DNA of 64,000 bases from an uncultured Salinivenus sp. (lineage in GTDB: Bacteria; Bacteroidota; Rhodothermia; Rhodothermales; Salinibacteraceae): positions 278 through 64,277 of the forward strand of contig CAZCUZ010000004.1 in the NCBI GenBank assembly GCA_964502085.1. Direction: 5' to 3'. This document shows, piece by piece, positions 1 to 8,874 of this stretch; the first letter of the stretch is position 1, and every line of letters begins with the position of its first letter. Under the pieces are notes generated by a model. It ran no database searches and was not told the origin of the DNA. It saw only the letters and a list, made by a program, of their open reading frames with translations. The position numbers and the translations under genes were made by a program.

Positions 1-2298
1 GAGGTCGACGCTCGTGACACTGGATCCCTCGTAGGCGTGGGGCTCACGCCCGTTCGCGCCGTCGGTCGCCGTGAAGTAGAGGCGCCCGCCAAAGGCAGAC
101 AGAGATTTCGGGTCGGAGCTCCCGGTGCCGCTGTTGACGTCGGCCACTTCTTGCTCGTTCGACCCGTCGTACACGTGCAGCTCTCGATCGGTGCCGTCAT
201 ACGCACTGAAATACAGGTCGCCGTCGTAAGAGGCAAAATTTCTGGGATCGGAATCCCCGAAGGGATTGATATCTTCGATTTGGGCCGCGCTGGATCCATC
301 GAAGCCCCATAATTCGTACCCGTCGCCGTCACCTCCCTGCGCCACGAAGTAGAGATGGCCGGCGTGCACGGTAAAGAATGCGGGAAACGAGCCCCCGGAG
401 GGGTTGATGTCGACGACCTCGGAGTCGGAGGATCCGTCGAACGCGTGCAACTCTCGGTCGTTGCCGTCGAACGCCTGGTAGAAGAGCTTCGGCCCGCTGC
501 CGTCGTCATAGACGGTGAGGAATCGGGGGCGCGAGCTACCGGAACCGTCGATGTCGGCGACCTCGGCGTCGGAGGACCCGTCGTAGGCGTGCAGTTCGGT
601 ATCACTGCCGTCGTCCGCAGCGTAGTATAGCTTCGAGCCCGTGCCGTCGTCGTAAACCGTGAGGTGCTCGGGGCGGGATCCCCCGGAACTGTTGATGTCG
701 ATTTCCTGGAATGCACTGCCGTCGTACTGCCAGAGCTCCCTCTCGCCCCCCACCTGGGCCGAAAAGTATAGCTTTCCGTCGTAGACCGTGAGGTCCTTTG
801 GGTTCGCACTCCCCGAGTTGTTGAGGTCGGTCACTTGGCTAATCTGAGAGCCGTCGTACCTCCAGAGCTCCATTCCGTCTTGCCCCCCGTCGGCCGGGAA
901 GTAGAGGGCGTCGTTGTACACGACCTTGTTCTCTCCGGGAGAGATGCCGGCCGTAGGATTGTTCGAGAAGGTCGGCTTGCTGACCGTCGAACCGTCAAAT
1001 CGGTGAAGCGAATACTCTATGCCATCGTAGGCCACGAAAAAGAGGGCCTTTTCCCCGCCGTCGTCGTATGCGACGAGGACGGAAGGATTCGAACTGTTTC
1101 CGGATCCAGTGTTGATGTCGGCGACCTCGGCGTCGGAGGACCCGTCGTATGCGTGGAGTTCACGGTCACTACCGTCAGATGCCTGGTAGAAAAGCTTTGG
1201 ACCGCTGCCGTCGTCGTATACCGTCAGGTACTCGGGCCGTGAGCTTCCGGAGGTGTTGATGTCAGCGATCTCGGCGTCGGAAGATCCGTCGAAGGCGTGC
1301 AGCTCGGTGTCACTCCCGTCGGAGGCCTGGTAGAAGAGCGTTGCACCACTGCCGTCATCGTAAACGGTCAGGTACTCGGGGTGTGAATCCCCGGAGGGAT
1401 TGATGTCGACGACCTCGGAGTCGGAGGACCCATCGTAGGCATGCAGCTCAAAGTCGTTGCCGTCGGACGCCTCGTAATAGAGCTTCGGGCCGCTGCCGTC
1501 GTCGTAGACCGTGAGGTGCTGGGGGTGCGAACTCCCGGAGCCATTGACGTCGGCGACTTCGGCGTCGGAGGATCCGTCGAAGGCGTGCAGTTCGGTGTCA
1601 CTGCCGTCGTCGGCCTGGTAGAAGAGCTTCGGACCGGTACCGTCGTCGTAGACCGTCAAGTACTCGGGCCCTGAGCTTCCGGACGTGTTGATGTCGGCGA
1701 CCTCCGCGTCGGAGGATCCGTCGAAGGCGTGCAGCTCAATGTCACTGCCGTCATTGGCGGCGTAGTAAAGCTTTCCGTCGTACACGGTTAGATATACGGG
1801 ATTTGAATCGTCCGACCCCGGATTGACGTCGGCCGCGAGCTCGACGGAGGAGCCGTCGTAGACAAACAGCTCTCTCCCCACTTTGGTCGAGGTTGCGGAA
1901 AAGTACAGCTTCCCGTCGTATACGGTGAAGTCCCGCGGGAGAGCGTTGGTCTCCGGCCCTGCGATGTTGCTCACCTGTCGCAGTGTCGACCCGTCGTAGC
2001 AGAACAGCTCCTGGCCGTCGAATGCTGCTTTCTGGTGTGCGAAGCAGAACTCGGTCGTGCTGCCGTGGGAATACGTCGCCGAAATCTCGTGGTTGGGACC
2101 TGGAGAACCCGACGGAACCGGAGGTGTAACGCCGGCCGCAAACCGATCAGCGACACGTTCCGGCTGCGCATGGGCCATCCGCGTCGTCCACGGCGCGGTC
2201 AACATGCCAACTACAGCCAGAGCGAGCAAAAGCGGAAAGAGTCGAGTAGAACGAGGCGCGGAAGAAAATGTGGGAAGCACGTCGTACATGGCGGTCAT
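1..2298 (-). CDS. Exported ELWxxDGT-repeat (beta-propeller-like) protein, 3' end runs off the window
   Basis: Hand translation of the minus strand from ATG 2298 (or 2289): signal-like LFPLLLALAVVGML...AHAQ, then repeats such as ELFCYDGS, ELFVYDGS, ELHAFDGSSDAEVADINTSGSSGPEYLTVYDDG, ELWRYDGS. Absent from the ORF track because no stop lies inside the window. Confidence 0.88.
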   Translation of the reverse strand, partial: MTAMYDVLPTFSSAPRSTRLFPLLLALAVVGMLTAPWTTRMAHAQPERVADRFAAGVTPPVPSGSPGPNHEISATYSHGSTTEFCFAHQKAAFDGQELFCYDGSTLRQVSNIAGPETNALPRDFTVYDGKLYFSATSTKVGRELFVYDGSSVELAADVNPGSDDSNPVYLTVYDGKLYYAANDGSDIELHAFDGSSDAEVADINTSGSSGPEYLTVYDDGTGPKLFYQADDGSDTELHAFDGSSDAEVADVNGSGSSHPQHLTVYDDGSGPKLYYEASDGNDFELHAYDGSSDSEVVDINPSGDSHPEYLTVYDDGSGATLFYQASDGSDTELHAFDGSSDAEIADINTSGSSRPEYLTVYDDGSGPKLFYQASDGSDRELHAYDGSSDAEVADINTGSGNSSNPSVLVAYDDGGEKALFFVAYDGIEYSLHRFDGSTVSKPTFSNNPTAGISPGENKVVYNDALYFPADGGQDGMELWRYDGSQISQVTDLNNSGSANPKDLTVYDGKLYFSAQVGGERELWQYDGSAFQEIDINSSGGSRPEHLTVYDDGTGSKLYYAADDGSDTELHAYDGSSDAEVADIDGSGSSRPRFLTVYDDGSGPKLFYQAFDGNDRELHAFDGSSDSEVVDINPSGGSFPAFFTVHAGHLYFVAQGGDGDGYELWGFDGSSAAQIEDINPFGDSDPRNFASYDGDLYFSAYDGTDRELHVYDGSNEQEVADVNSGTGSSDPKSLSAFGGRLYFTATDGANGREPHAYEGSSVTSVDL
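403..1830 (-). repeat. Coding tandem repeats, 144 bp (48 aa) unit, in two blocks
   Basis: The GTTGATGTC-like motif recurs at 403, 547, 691 and at 1111, 1255, 1399, 1543, 1687 (exact 144-bp spacing). Confidence 0.9.
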
Positions 2299-3385
2299 CG
2301 AAATGGAGTCAGATAAAGAGGGGAGGAGTCTTCGGAGGCACCGAGGGCTCGACGGCAGATCAGTTTCCGTGCAACGGGATTATGTGCTGTGGCGCCTCAC
2401 TATTTCAAACAGGAAATCGAACACGAACCAGACAGAATCGTAGCCGGTTTTGCCGATCAGCGTGGGCGACGAGGTTCAGGTCGGCCGTCCGGGCTGCACG
2501 GGGCCTGTGATTTGCAGTCCCGAAACGCATTCTGGGATCGCCGAAGCCGATCACGGGGAAGGCGAGAATCTCGACGCAGACGCACGTCGGGCACGCATTT
2601 GGGACATCGACGGGTTAGCGGTGACGTATTTTGCAATTCACCGTCCGGGTCCCGTTTCTTTCTACGGACTTCCCTTTTGCTCCACCTGAGGAGAGGGCGG
2701 GCTCACCGGACCCGATTAGGCGAACCCGGTTCGTGTCCCGCGGGAGAGAGTGAAACCATCCGATCGGCTCCCTTTTCAGAACGTCTTTAGAGAAGGGGAC
2801 GGGAGCGCGGGCACAGTGGCGTTTTGCTCCGAATCAGGACGCCGACTGTCTATCGTGACGGGAGCGCACTTTCCGGGGAACCGGGGCGACGGCTCCGTTC
2901 GGCGAACCGAAGTACGTGTTCGACGAACCAGTCAGAAAAACGTCGAGAAGGTTGGTTGACTGCACTCATCGATTAAAGGGATCTGCATGTTATAAAACAC
3001 GAGATACGTGTCGGGTCGGACACGACCTATCCCCAGTGATTCGACCACAGGGACGTGTCGGGGGTCTTCCCCTCCAATACGTGTTTGCGAAGAGGCGTCC
3101 TCTCGAATTTTCCGGGCCGGGATTTCGGATCCAGGCCCAGTGACATCGTTTCAGCCGCGACTTGTTAGGATCGGCGCCGCAGGGTGAAACGGATGCGATG
3201 ACGACAATCCCCAAAGAATGCTCCTCCGACGATTTATAAGGACGATCCGCACTGAGGCCGCATGACCTCGTTTCGCCGGTCCCCGGGCGCTCGGACGATA
3301 TCGTGGGGAGGGGATTCGTTTCGACAGGACGATTGACGTGGCACTCGGTGCATTTCGTCTTTCAACGCTCCCGTCCGGACGTACG

Positions 3386-3970
3386 ATGAACGACTCTACC
3401 GACGTAACGCGCCTTCTCCAGACGTTGCGAGAGGGAAGTGACACCGTCGTCGACGTCCTGTTCGACCGCGTGTACGACGAGCTTCGGCGGTTGGCGCATC
3501 GGCAGCTCAATCGGTTGCGGCCGGGACAGACGTTGAACACGACGGCGCTCGTGCACGAGGCCTATCTCAAGCTCGTGAACCAGTCGGAGGCCGAGTGGGA
3601 GGATCGCACCCATTTCTTTGCCGTGGCGGCAAAGGCCATGCGGCACATTATCATCAACTACGCGCGCAAGAAATCTGCTGAAAAGCGCGGGGGCGACGCC
3701 GAGCACGTCACGTTCAATGAGCGCCTGATGGCTCCCCAGGACAGTGCCGAGGCTCTCATCACGGTGGATCGGGCCCTCGACCATCTCGCCGAGCAGGATG
3801 AACGGATGGCAAAGGTCGTGGAGCTTCGGTTCTTCGGGGGGCTGACGCAGAAGGAGAGCGCCGCGGCCCTCAACGTTTCGACCCGGACGGTGCGGCGCGA
3901 CTGGAAGGCGGCGCGCGCCTGGCTGTCGAAGGCCCTGTCGGAGTCTGCAAACGGATCGTCGGACGACTAA
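3386..3970 (+). CDS. ECF sigma factor, TIGR02999 / ECF43-like (kinase-associated)
   Basis: VYDELRRLA...QTLNTTALVHEAYLKL and VVELRFFGGLT...TVRRDWKAARAWL motifs; ATG 3386 preferred over GTG 3338. Confidence 0.92.
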   Translation: MNDSTDVTRLLQTLREGSDTVVDVLFDRVYDELRRLAHRQLNRLRPGQTLNTTALVHEAYLKLVNQSEAEWEDRTHFFAVAAKAMRHIIINYARKKSAEKRGGDAEHVTFNERLMAPQDSAEALITVDRALDHLAEQDERMAKVVELRFFGGLTQKESAAALNVSTRTVRRDWKAARAWLSKALSESANGSSDD

Positions 3971-3991
3971 CAGATCACGGAGCCACAGGCC

Positions 3992-6580
3992 ATGGAACTT
4001 CCCGACCCCGACCGCTGGCACGAGATCAACGAGATTTTGCGGGAGGTGCAGGCACGCCCCGCGTCGGAGCAGGCCGGTTTTCTCAAGGAGGCGTGTGGAG
4101 GCGACGAGGTCCTTCGACGGGAGGTGGAGACCCTTCTCGATGCGGCTTCGGCGTACGGGGAGGTCGTCGACGGCGGGGCTGCGGTCCTCGCGCAGTCCGT
4201 TCTCGACGATGAGGAGGGAGACGCCTCGGCCCACGTTCGGGCCCTGGAGGTCGGGCAGCAGGTCGGGCCGTACCGTCTCCTGGAGCAGGTTGGGGACGGG
4301 GGGACCAGTGTCGTGTACCGGGCCGAGCGGGCCGACGAGCAGTTTGAACGGACGGTGGCCGTGAAGGTGCTGCGCTCGCCCGTGGAGGAGGAGGGGGAGA
4401 CCGCCGAGCGATTTCGGGCGGAGCGGCAGATTCTGGCGTCCCTCTCCCATCCGCATCTGGCAGAGGTGTACGACGGAGGGGTGCTGGAGGACGGGCGGCC
4501 CTACCTCGTGATGGAGTACGTGGAGGGACGTCCCATTACCGAGCACTGTCGCGCCGAGAAATGCTCCGTAGACGAGCGCCTGAGACTCTTTCGGCAGGCC
4601 GCTGCGGCCGTGCAGGCGGCCCACGAGCACCTCGTGGTGCACCGCGACCTGAAGCCGTCAAACGTGTTCGTGGAGCGGGAGACGGGAACGGTCAAGCTCC
4701 TCGATTTTGGCATCGCCAAGATTCTGGGAGAGCTTCCCGGGGGGCCCGTTCCGGCCACTCAGACGGGCCGCCAGCCGATGACGCCCGCGTACGCCGCCCC
4801 CGAGCAGGTGAAAGGCGAAGCCGTCAGTGTGGCGACCGACACCTACGCCCTGGGTGTTCTTCTCTACGAGCTCCTTACCGGTCGCCGGCCCCACGGGACG
4901 GAGGAGGCGTCTCCGTATGCCGTCGCCCGAGCCGTCTGCGAGGAACCGCCGCCTCTCCCGAGCGCCGTCGTCGAGGAGGATCCCCGACGTTCGGCCCTGG
5001 AGGGAGATTTGGACGCCATCATCATGACGGCCCTCCGGAAGGATCCCGACGAGCGGTACGATACCGTAGAGGCCCTGGCTGAGGACCTCGAGCGGTACCG
5101 GACCGATCGGCCCGTGCGGGCCAGTCAGGGAAACTGGATCTACCGCACTCGAAAGTTTGTCCGGCGCAACCGGAATGCACTCCTCGGAACGCTCTGTGCC
5201 GTCGTTCTCCTCGCAGGATTTGCGGTGTACCACGTTCAGCGGCTCTCGGTCCAGCGCGACCAGGCTCGCCGGGAGGCCGAAAAGGCCGAGCAGGTCTCCG
5301 CGTTTCTGACGGACCTCTTCAAGGCCAACGATCCCTACGAAGGGGGCGAGGATCCCACGACGCTCCAGGAGGTGTTGAAGCAGGGCAAAGAGAAGGTTCG
5401 CGACGATCTGTCGGGTCAGCCGGCCGTGCAGGCGGGCGTGTTTACCGTTCTCGGGGAGGTGTATCGGAATCAGGCACGATACGACACGGCCCAGGCGGTG
5501 CTCGAACGGGCGCTCCGGCTCCGGCAAACCACCGACGCAGCGGGTCCCCGCGAGGTCGCGGAAAGCTGGGGGGAACTCGGCACACTCTTTCGACAGACGG
5601 GACGGCTCGACACCGCTGTGACTGCCCACGAGCGAGCCCTACAGATACGTCGCGAGCATCTGCCGGCCGATCACGAGAAGGTCGCGAGCAGCATGAATGA
5701 TTTGGCGGCGGCGCTGTACGACGCCGGTCGGGTCGAGGAGGCGGCTCCGCTGTACCGAAGGGCCCTCTCCATCAATCGGGAGCGACTGGGAGACGAGCAT
5801 CCGAACGTGGCGGCGGGACTTAACAACCTTGCCGGGGTGTATTATGAGCTCGACCAGATGGCGAAGGCCGAGCAATTGTATCGAGAAACGCTCACCCTCG
5901 ATCGCGAACAGTTCGGCGCGTCCCACCCCTACGTCGCGACGGATCTCAGCAGTTTAGGGCTCACGCTCATGGAGCGAGGGAAATATGACGAGGCCGAGCA
6001 GAAGCTCCAACGGGCCCTCGACATTCGGCGGGCGGAGCTCGGGGAAGTGCATCCCGACGTGGCCGTCACGCTTCACAATCTGGGGTATCTCCACATGGAA
6101 ACCGATCGGCTGGAGAAAGCAGAACAGGCCTTTCGGGAAGCCCTCCACATTCGTCGACAGCAGTTGGAGCCTCCGCATCCCCGTCTTGCGTCGAATCTTC
6201 ACGGACTGGGATCGCTGCGTCAGAAACAGGGCGCCCCGGAAGAGGCGGAGCGTTATTTTCGAGAGGCCATCTCGATGCAGAGCGACCTTACGGGGCAGTA
6301 CAGCACTGAGACGGCGGGGATGCGAATCGCCCTCGCGGGACTCCTCCGATCGCAGGACCGCTACGAACAGGCGGAAGCGACCTATCAAAGGGCGCTGCAA
6401 GCCCATCGTCCTTTTTCTGATACGACACACCCCGATCAGAAGCGGCTGCTTGACGGACTGGTTACACTGTATGAGAAGGCGAGCGAATCGACACACGCAT
6501 CGGCCTATCGCGATACCGTGCAGCACCTGTACGAAACTGGCACCGACGAGGCGGAGTCACAGCAACTCGCACGGAATTGA
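3992..6580 (+). CDS. Membrane Hanks-type Ser/Thr kinase with C-terminal TPR array
   Basis: VAVKVL, HRDLKPSN, DFG, TPAYAAPEQ; one TM segment (ALLGTLCAVVLLAGFAVY); about 8 HPxVA-type TPRs. Confidence 0.95.
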   Translation: MELPDPDRWHEINEILREVQARPASEQAGFLKEACGGDEVLRREVETLLDAASAYGEVVDGGAAVLAQSVLDDEEGDASAHVRALEVGQQVGPYRLLEQVGDGGTSVVYRAERADEQFERTVAVKVLRSPVEEEGETAERFRAERQILASLSHPHLAEVYDGGVLEDGRPYLVMEYVEGRPITEHCRAEKCSVDERLRLFRQAAAAVQAAHEHLVVHRDLKPSNVFVERETGTVKLLDFGIAKILGELPGGPVPATQTGRQPMTPAYAAPEQVKGEAVSVATDTYALGVLLYELLTGRRPHGTEEASPYAVARAVCEEPPPLPSAVVEEDPRRSALEGDLDAIIMTALRKDPDERYDTVEALAEDLERYRTDRPVRASQGNWIYRTRKFVRRNRNALLGTLCAVVLLAGFAVYHVQRLSVQRDQARREAEKAEQVSAFLTDLFKANDPYEGGEDPTTLQEVLKQGKEKVRDDLSGQPAVQAGVFTVLGEVYRNQARYDTAQAVLERALRLRQTTDAAGPREVAESWGELGTLFRQTGRLDTAVTAHERALQIRREHLPADHEKVASSMNDLAAALYDAGRVEEAAPLYRRALSINRERLGDEHPNVAAGLNNLAGVYYELDQMAKAEQLYRETLTLDREQFGASHPYVATDLSSLGLTLMERGKYDEAEQKLQRALDIRRAELGEVHPDVAVTLHNLGYLHMETDRLEKAEQAFREALHIRRQQLEPPHPRLASNLHGLGSLRQKQGAPEEAERYFREAISMQSDLTGQYSTETAGMRIALAGLLRSQDRYEQAEATYQRALQAHRPFSDTTHPDQKRLLDGLVTLYEKASESTHASAYRDTVQHLYETGTDEAESQQLARN

Positions 6581-6663
6581 ACGGTTCATCGTCTTCGGTT
6601 CTGGTATCGAACACGACTGCTTCACGCGATGGTGGGGCTCTTCTTTACTGATCCTTCGTTGAA

Positions 6664-7512
6664 ATGCCGTTCCACGAACGTGCCCCTGCCAAAATCAACC
6701 TCGGCCTGCACGTCCTCCGGCAGCGTCCGGACGGGTACCACGACGTGGAGACGGTGCTCCACCGCATCGACTGGGCCGACACCGTGATCGCAGAGGCCGC
6801 AGACACCCTTTCGATGACGTGCTCGGATCCGGCCCTGCCGACTGACGACGAGAATCTTTGCTTGCAGGCAGCCCGCCGGTTGAAGGAGGCGTTCGGTGTG
6901 ACGAAGGGGGCACGGCTGCACCTGGAGAAACGAGTCCCGTATGGGGCCGGGCTGGGAGGCGGTTCCAGCGACGCGGCGGCCACCCTTCGGCTCCTCACGC
7001 GGCTTTGGGAACTGGAGGTGCGTCCAAAGCCGCTCCACGACGTGGCCGTTCAGATTGGGGTGGACGTCCCGTTTTTTTTGAACGACGCACCGGCGGTCTA
7101 CGCCACGGGCCGGGGGGACGAGATTACCCCGCTCCACGACGACGGGAGGCCGTACCGTCTTCCCTTTCCGATTCTCGTCGTCGCACCGCCCGTGGAGATT
7201 TCGACTCCGGAGGCATATGCCTACGTCTCGCCTCACGACCGCGATCGCTCTCATCTCCCGACCGTCGTCCGGAGCAACGGCCTCGCGCGCTGGCGGTCGG
7301 CCCTTACGAACGACTTCGAGGCTCCGATGTCGGAAGTCTATCCGGCCGTCGACACGGCCCGGCAGTGGCTCTGGGCAATGGGGGCTGAATACGTGTCGTT
7401 GTCTGGGTCTGGGGCGGCGGTGTACGGCCTGTTTGAGTCGCGGGCCGGGGCCGAAGCGGCATTCATAGAGGGGCGGGACCGGGACGAGCGGATGCACCTG
7501 GTGGGGGACTGA
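6664..7512 (+). CDS. ispE: 4-diphosphocytidyl-2-C-methyl-D-erythritol kinase
   Basis: APAKINLGL, GAGLGGGSSDAA, LSGSG motifs. Confidence 0.95.
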   Translation: MPFHERAPAKINLGLHVLRQRPDGYHDVETVLHRIDWADTVIAEAADTLSMTCSDPALPTDDENLCLQAARRLKEAFGVTKGARLHLEKRVPYGAGLGGGSSDAAATLRLLTRLWELEVRPKPLHDVAVQIGVDVPFFLNDAPAVYATGRGDEITPLHDDGRPYRLPFPILVVAPPVEISTPEAYAYVSPHDRDRSHLPTVVRSNGLARWRSALTNDFEAPMSEVYPAVDTARQWLWAMGAEYVSLSGSGAAVYGLFESRAGAEAAFIEGRDRDERMHLVGD

Positions 7513-7655
7513 CGGCCTCTGCACGCGGACACAGCGGAATTGTGATCCGAAATTCAATGGGCTCTCGTGAAACCGCATTTCGGGGTCGAAACCGCTGTGC
7601 GCACCGGCGGGTTCAAATGAAGTGCAGATCTTTCATCTACCGACGCACACTACGT

Positions 7656-8642
7656 ATGCTCGACGTCGTCATCATTGGAGCGGGGCCGGTGGGACTGGCG
7701 GCCGGCATCGAAGCGAAGCGCCGCGGGCTCGACGCGCTCATCATCGAGAAGGGGGCCCTCTGCAACTCGTTTATCGGCTATCCCACGCGGATGGAGTTTT
7801 TCTCGACGCCTGAACTGCTGGAGATTGGCGGCTATCCGTTCGCGACGCGCGACTACAAGCCGCGACGCGAGGAGGCGCTCGACTACTACCGGCGCGTCGC
7901 CGTGGCCGAGGGTCTCGACGTCAACCTCTACGAGGCGGTGACCAACCTGCGGGGCTCCGACGGCAACTACACGGTGGAGACTGAGGAGGACACCTATGCC
8001 ACGCGGAAGGTGGTGGTGGCCACCGGCTTCTACGACGTACCGAACGAGATGGGCGTGCCGGGGGAGGACCTCGACAAGGTGCGGCACTACTTTAAGGAGC
8101 CGTTTCCGTACGCCCTGATGGACGTGGCCATTGTCGGCGGGGGCAACTCGGCGGCCAAGGCGGCCCTCGCCTGCTACCGGCACGACGCCAACGTGACTAT
8201 GATCGTGCGCGACGAGGCACTGGACGACGGCGTGAAGTACTGGATTAAGCCCGACGTGGAGAATCGCATCGAGGAGGCCTCCATCGACGCCTACTTCAAT
8301 ACCACTGTTGAGGCCATCGAGCCGGAGACGCTGCACCTCGACACGCCCGACGGCTCCGCGCAGATCGACAACGACTTCGTGCTGGCGATGACCGGCTACC
8401 GGCCCAACTACGACTTTTTGGAGCGGCTCGGCATCGCGATTCGGGACGACGAGGCTCGCACGCCGGAGCACGACGAAGAGGGGGAGACCTTCGAGACGAA
8501 TCGTCCGGGTCTCTACCTCGCCGGGACCATCTGCGGGGGCTGCGACACGAGCCGATGGTTCATCGAGAACGGCCGCTCCCACGCTGAGAAGATCGTCGAT
8601 CACATGGCGTCGTCCCTCGACGCCGAGCCCGTGGCGGCTTGA
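7656..8642 (+). CDS. ypdA: YpdA family bacillithiol disulfide reductase
   Basis: IIGAGPVGL, YPTRMEFFSTPELLEIG, FIENGRSH; bshA is present in the same window. Confidence 0.88.
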   Translation: MLDVVIIGAGPVGLAAGIEAKRRGLDALIIEKGALCNSFIGYPTRMEFFSTPELLEIGGYPFATRDYKPRREEALDYYRRVAVAEGLDVNLYEAVTNLRGSDGNYTVETEEDTYATRKVVVATGFYDVPNEMGVPGEDLDKVRHYFKEPFPYALMDVAIVGGGNSAAKAALACYRHDANVTMIVRDEALDDGVKYWIKPDVENRIEEASIDAYFNTTVEAIEPETLHLDTPDGSAQIDNDFVLAMTGYRPNYDFLERLGIAIRDDEARTPEHDEEGETFETNRPGLYLAGTICGGCDTSRWFIENGRSHAEKIVDHMASSLDAEPVAA

Positions 8643-8804
8643 TTCCGTTTGGGCGTGTGGGAGTAATGGACGGTTTGCCCGAAAATGACGTCGGAGTATT
8701 TGGGATGTGAACCGTAGCTGGTGTGCGAATCGGCTGCTGAGCCGGTCAAAGGCACTACGCACTCGACCATCCACACTCCCATATTCACACACGCACATAC
8801 CAAG

Positions 8805-8834
8805 CCCCTACCCGTCCGGGCAGACAGGTAGGGG
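8805..8834. terminator. Hairpin between convergent ypdA and serA
   Basis: CCCCTACC...GGTAGGGG inverted repeat; no strong U-tract. Confidence 0.45.
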
Positions 8835-8874
8835 AAAGACACACCGATATGTGGGAGGAGCCATCGTTCGGGAG

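Noticed and set aside
37-1674. Plus-strand Val/Gly-rich ORFs in the ORF track
   Set aside because: They are antisense shadows of the minus-strand repeat gene. The same applies to most long overlapping ORFs across this GC-rich window.
403-1830. Regularly spaced repeats as a CRISPR array
   Set aside because: The units are 144 bp, in frame, vary mainly at codon level and encode protein repeats; there are no unique spacers or cas genes.
2430-2465. c-di-GMP-I riboswitch (GGCAAAACC on the minus strand)
   Set aside because: The downstream GNRA stem and GACGCAAAG elements are absent.
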